A DNA stretch of 64,000 nucleotides, from positions 1,568,001-1,632,000 of the forward strand of contig OZ253442.1 in assembly GCA_965261085.1 (NCBI GenBank), in the 5' to 3' direction. The position numbers and the translations under genes were made by a program. Below the pieces are notes generated by a model. That model was not told where the DNA came from. It saw only the letters and a list, made by a program, of their open reading frames with translations, and searched no databases. Below are positions 60,911-64,000 of the stretch, in pieces (the stretch's first letter is position 1; every line of letters begins with the position of its first letter). The stretch comes from a bacterium (GTDB lineage Bacteria > UBA8248).

Positions 60911-62442
60911 ATGGAAGTATGGCACGTCGCCTCGGGAGCCGCCGCTCTCGTTTTATGTTTCTGGTTCGCCATGAGGGCGCGGATTTCGGGCCTGTCCCGA
61001 ATGCTGAGCAACGCCGAGATGGAAAAGGCGGATGCGCAGGCCTCCCATGCCGCCGAGATCGAGAGGAATATGGGCTTGAGGTCGGACGTGGCGCGTCTTG
61101 AGTCCGATTTGGCGCACGAGCGCAAATCGGCGCAAGAGAAAATCGACCTGCTTCGCCGCGCGACGGAGGAGATGCGCGAGAGTTTCGGCGCGCTGAGCGC
61201 CGACGCCTTAAAGAGCAACAACGCCTCTTTTCTCGACCTGGCCAAGTCGACGCTCGAAAAATTCCAGAGCGAGGCCAAAGGCGACCTTGAAGCGCGCCAG
61301 AAGGCGGTGGAGAATCTGGTCGCCCCCATCCGGGAGTCGCTCGACAAGGTGGGGGGCAGGTGCAGGACCTCGAAAAGGCCAGGCGGGAGGCTTATGGCTC
61401 GCTCACCGAGCAGGTCAAATCCCTCGTGACCACACAGAAGGAGCTTCAATCGGAGACGGGGAATCTCGTGAAAGCCCTGCGCGCGCCGAACGTGCGCGGA
61501 CGCTGGGGGGAGATGCAGCTTCGGCGCGTGGTGGAGATGGCCGGCATGGTGGCGCATTGCGATTTCCTGGAGCAGCAGACGCTTGCGGGAGAAGAGGCGC
61601 GCCTGCGCCCCGACCTCATCGTGAAGCTGCCCGGCGGAAAGAACGTGGTGGTCGACGCCAAGGCGCCGCTCGATGCGTACCTCAACTCGCTCGAGGCGGA
61701 GGATGAGGACGCGCGCCGCGTTTTTTTGGGAGAACATGCGCGCCAGATTCGGGACCACATGAGCCGCCTGAGTTCCAAGGCCTATTGGGATCAGTGCGAG
61801 TCCACCCCTGAGTTCGTGGCGATGTTTCTGCCCGGGGAGAGCTTCTTCAGCGCGGCGCTCGAACAAGACCCCGGCCTGATCGAAGAGGGCGTGAACCAGC
61901 AGGTGATACTGGCGACGCCCACGACGCTCATCGCCCTGTTGCGCGCGGTGGCCTATGGCTGGCGGCAGGAGAAGGTGGCCGAGAGCGCCCAGGCCGTAAG
62001 CGCGCTAGGCGGGGAGCTTTACGCGCGCCTCAAGACGCTGGCGAAGCATTTCGACACCATGGGCCGGGGACTGGACCGCGCGGTCGAGTCCTACAACAAG
62101 GCGGTGGGTTCCTATGAATCGCGGGTGCTGGTGTCGGCGAGAAAATTCAGCGACTACGGCAGCGCGCCGGGAGGGGAGATCGACCTCGTTTCCCCGGTGG
62201 AGAAAACCCCGCGCGCGCTTCAGGCGCGTGAGGCGGATGAGGAAGGGAATGTTGTACGGATCTCCTCCGAGGAGGAAACACCGGAGGAGGTTGAAGCGCG
62301 TCAGGTGGATGGGCGGGAAGAGGGCGAGAGCTTGTCTGCTTCGGAGAAGACCCCGCGCCCGGGCGATGTGGGCGGCGTGGATGAGGCGCTCGAGACCTAT
62401 GGTGAAGAGAGTGAGCCGAACTTTCACCGCATCAGTCCCTGA
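60911..62442 (+). pseudogene. rmuC: DNA recombination protein RmuC, frameshifted at a G6 run (61351-61356)
   Basis: [31 protein letters not shown] and TPTTL; adding one G fuses the two ORFs. Confidence 0.85.
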
Positions 62443-62463
62443 TTCGGTTTCTGCTTATACCGA

Positions 62464-62937
62464 CTACAGACGTCTCAAGTATGGGTGTTTTCTGCGCATC
62501 CCGTCCTGGAACCAGCGCGGGTAGCCCGGCCAGCGCGCCTCGATGTGGTCGAGGTCCTCCGCGTCGGGGTCCAGGTCGTTGAGCCTGAGCGTGGGAGGAA
62601 GCCTGAGGGGAAGCGTGACGACCTCGCCTCTGAGCGCCAGGATTTTTTTGGCCCCGACGAGGCGGAGCCTGCCGTCCTCCACCTCTTCGACCGCATGAAA
62701 GCCTTTGACCACCTGGTGGAGATAGACGCTGAAAGCCTCCAGGTTTTTCTGGAATTCCTCCAGGGGCTCCACGCTCTCGTGCTCGAAGTGGAGGTGTCCT
62801 TCACGGATTTTTTCCGCAATTTCCCAGATGGGCATTTGCGCGGTCAGGGGCAGGTATTCGTCCACGATGCAGTCGGCGAGGTTGTATTTGTCCATGCCTT
62901 CGAGTATGAGGTCGAAATAATAGCGGTGCCGGCGCAA
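62464..62937 (-). CDS. Hypothetical protein
   Basis: Intact ORF filling the gap, with host-like codon usage. Confidence 0.6.
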   Translation of the reverse strand: MRRHRYYFDLILEGMDKYNLADCIVDEYLPLTAQMPIWEIAEKIREGHLHFEHESVEPLEEFQKNLEAFSVYLHQVVKGFHAVEEVEDGRLRLVGAKKILALRGEVVTLPLRLPPTLRLNDLDPDAEDLDHIEARWPGYPRWFQDGMRRKHPYLRRL

Positions 62938-63084
62938 GCGGAAATCCCCCCGTCTCGATTATCCCGCAGAGGGTCTGTTTCGTGGTGGATTTTGTCAAGA
63001 GATGGGTTCATAATCTCCTGAGAGTCAGGGTGGGGACCTTCCAGTCGCGCCCGCTTCATATATACGGTATTTGAGCCTACGGCA

Positions 63085-63396
63085 ATGAAGGAGAAACAAA
63101 GAATGCGCATGACCCTCGGCATGGGATTGGCGCTTCTCGCCGTCTTTCTCGTTTTGAGCGGGTGCGGCGACGTGGTGCCGCGCGGCGTGGAGGTGATCAC
63201 GGAGCCTCCGGGCGCCACGGTGAAGCTCGGCAAGGAGAAAATAGGCAAATCGCCGGTCATCATCCCCTGGAAGAAGATAAAGGACCATTACGCGGATACG
63301 TTTACGGTCGAAATTCTCAAGGAAGGGTATCGCCCTCATCATCTGGTGGCCGCGCAATACGGGGGTACGATACGGGTGGCTCTTCAGAAAAAATAG
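63085..63396 (+). CDS. PEGA-like domain lipoprotein
   Basis: LSGC lipobox; ITEPPGATV...GKSP...LKEGY. Confidence 0.75.
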   Translation: MKEKQRMRMTLGMGLALLAVFLVLSGCGDVVPRGVEVITEPPGATVKLGKEKIGKSPVIIPWKKIKDHYADTFTVEILKEGYRPHHLVAAQYGGTIRVALQKK

Positions 63397-63446
63397 TGTA
63401 AACTCTCCTTTTTCTATTTCCTGTTGCCAAAGAAGCAGAGGTGTTT

Positions 63447-64000
63447 GTGCGCACACATGGTATGGGTTTGCTTGCCGAATTGTTCGATTTCACCGAGGGC
63501 GAGGAAGGGGAAGCGCACGCGTGGCTCGATGAGGTTCGCCTCTCGAGGATGCTCGAAGTACCGGGCATGAAGGGAGGGGCGAGCTATGAGGTCATCGGTG
63601 GCGCGCCACGCTTTCTGAACTTGATCGAAGCGAATAACATTCATGTGTTCTACGGCGAGGAATTCACTACTCTCATGAATTCCGAGGAAATGCGCTTTCC
63701 CAAAACTCCCGGGACGCATATCCGACTCGTCTGCGCGCAGGTCTATCCCGGCCTTCCGGCGCGGCAACCCGATCTCCCCTCGGTGGATGTGGCGGGTCTC
63801 GGCCCCATCATTCAGTTCGGTAGAATCAACGTACCCGAAGAGAATCTCGGCGATTTCAACGGCTGGTACTCCTGTGATCGCGGCCCCCTTTGCGAGGAGG
63901 TGCCGGGGGTGAGGCGCCTGCGCCGCTACAACACCGTGGAGGGGCCGAGGCTCATGATCGTGCTCTACGAGATGGAAGATGAATCCGTGCGCGAAACGTC
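63447..64000 (+). CDS. Tandem EthD-like (dimeric alpha+beta barrel) protein, 3' end outside window
   Basis: Manual translation gives two repeats: AWLDEVRLSRMLEVPGM and FNGWYSCDRGPLCEEVPGVRRLRRY...LYEMED. Confidence 0.6.
   Translation, partial: MRTHGMGLLAELFDFTEGEEGEAHAWLDEVRLSRMLEVPGMKGGASYEVIGGAPRFLNLIEANNIHVFYGEEFTTLMNSEEMRFPKTPGTHIRLVCAQVYPGLPARQPDLPSVDVAGLGPIIQFGRINVPEENLGDFNGWYSCDRGPLCEEVPGVRRLRRYNTVEGPRLMIVLYEMEDESVRET

Overview
GC-rich bacterial chromosomal segment. The tmk-holB-ricT-metG-tatD/radical-SAM order and the HrcA/CIRCE system resemble Desulfobacterota/Nitrospinota-type genomes (inference only). The core genes are hrcA, a sigma54 two-component system, tmk, holB, ricT, metG, tatD-rSAM, lhr, groESL, gpsA, chorismate mutase and a frameshifted rmuC. 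They are interrupted by four restriction-modification (RM) loci, an intact IS1182-family element, an IS1182-type MITE, several families of short palindromic intergenic repeats and a decaying type I secretion locus. No rRNA, tRNA or CRISPR array was seen. Most notable: (1) a ~330-550 bp element with 10-bp-phased TGCGGG arrays and an AT-rich TATCGA core borders all four RM loci with the same polarity, and three copies carry a conserved small ORF; (2) an orphan sigma54 promoter with an upstream inverted-repeat enhancer points into a ~155-nt structured, terminator-ended candidate sRNA; (3) two short paralogous peptide genes and a membrane-protein gene lie downstream of the SacI-like RM pair; (4) a ~21-nt micro-element recurs inside other repeats. 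All protein calls come from manual motif recognition, not database searches.
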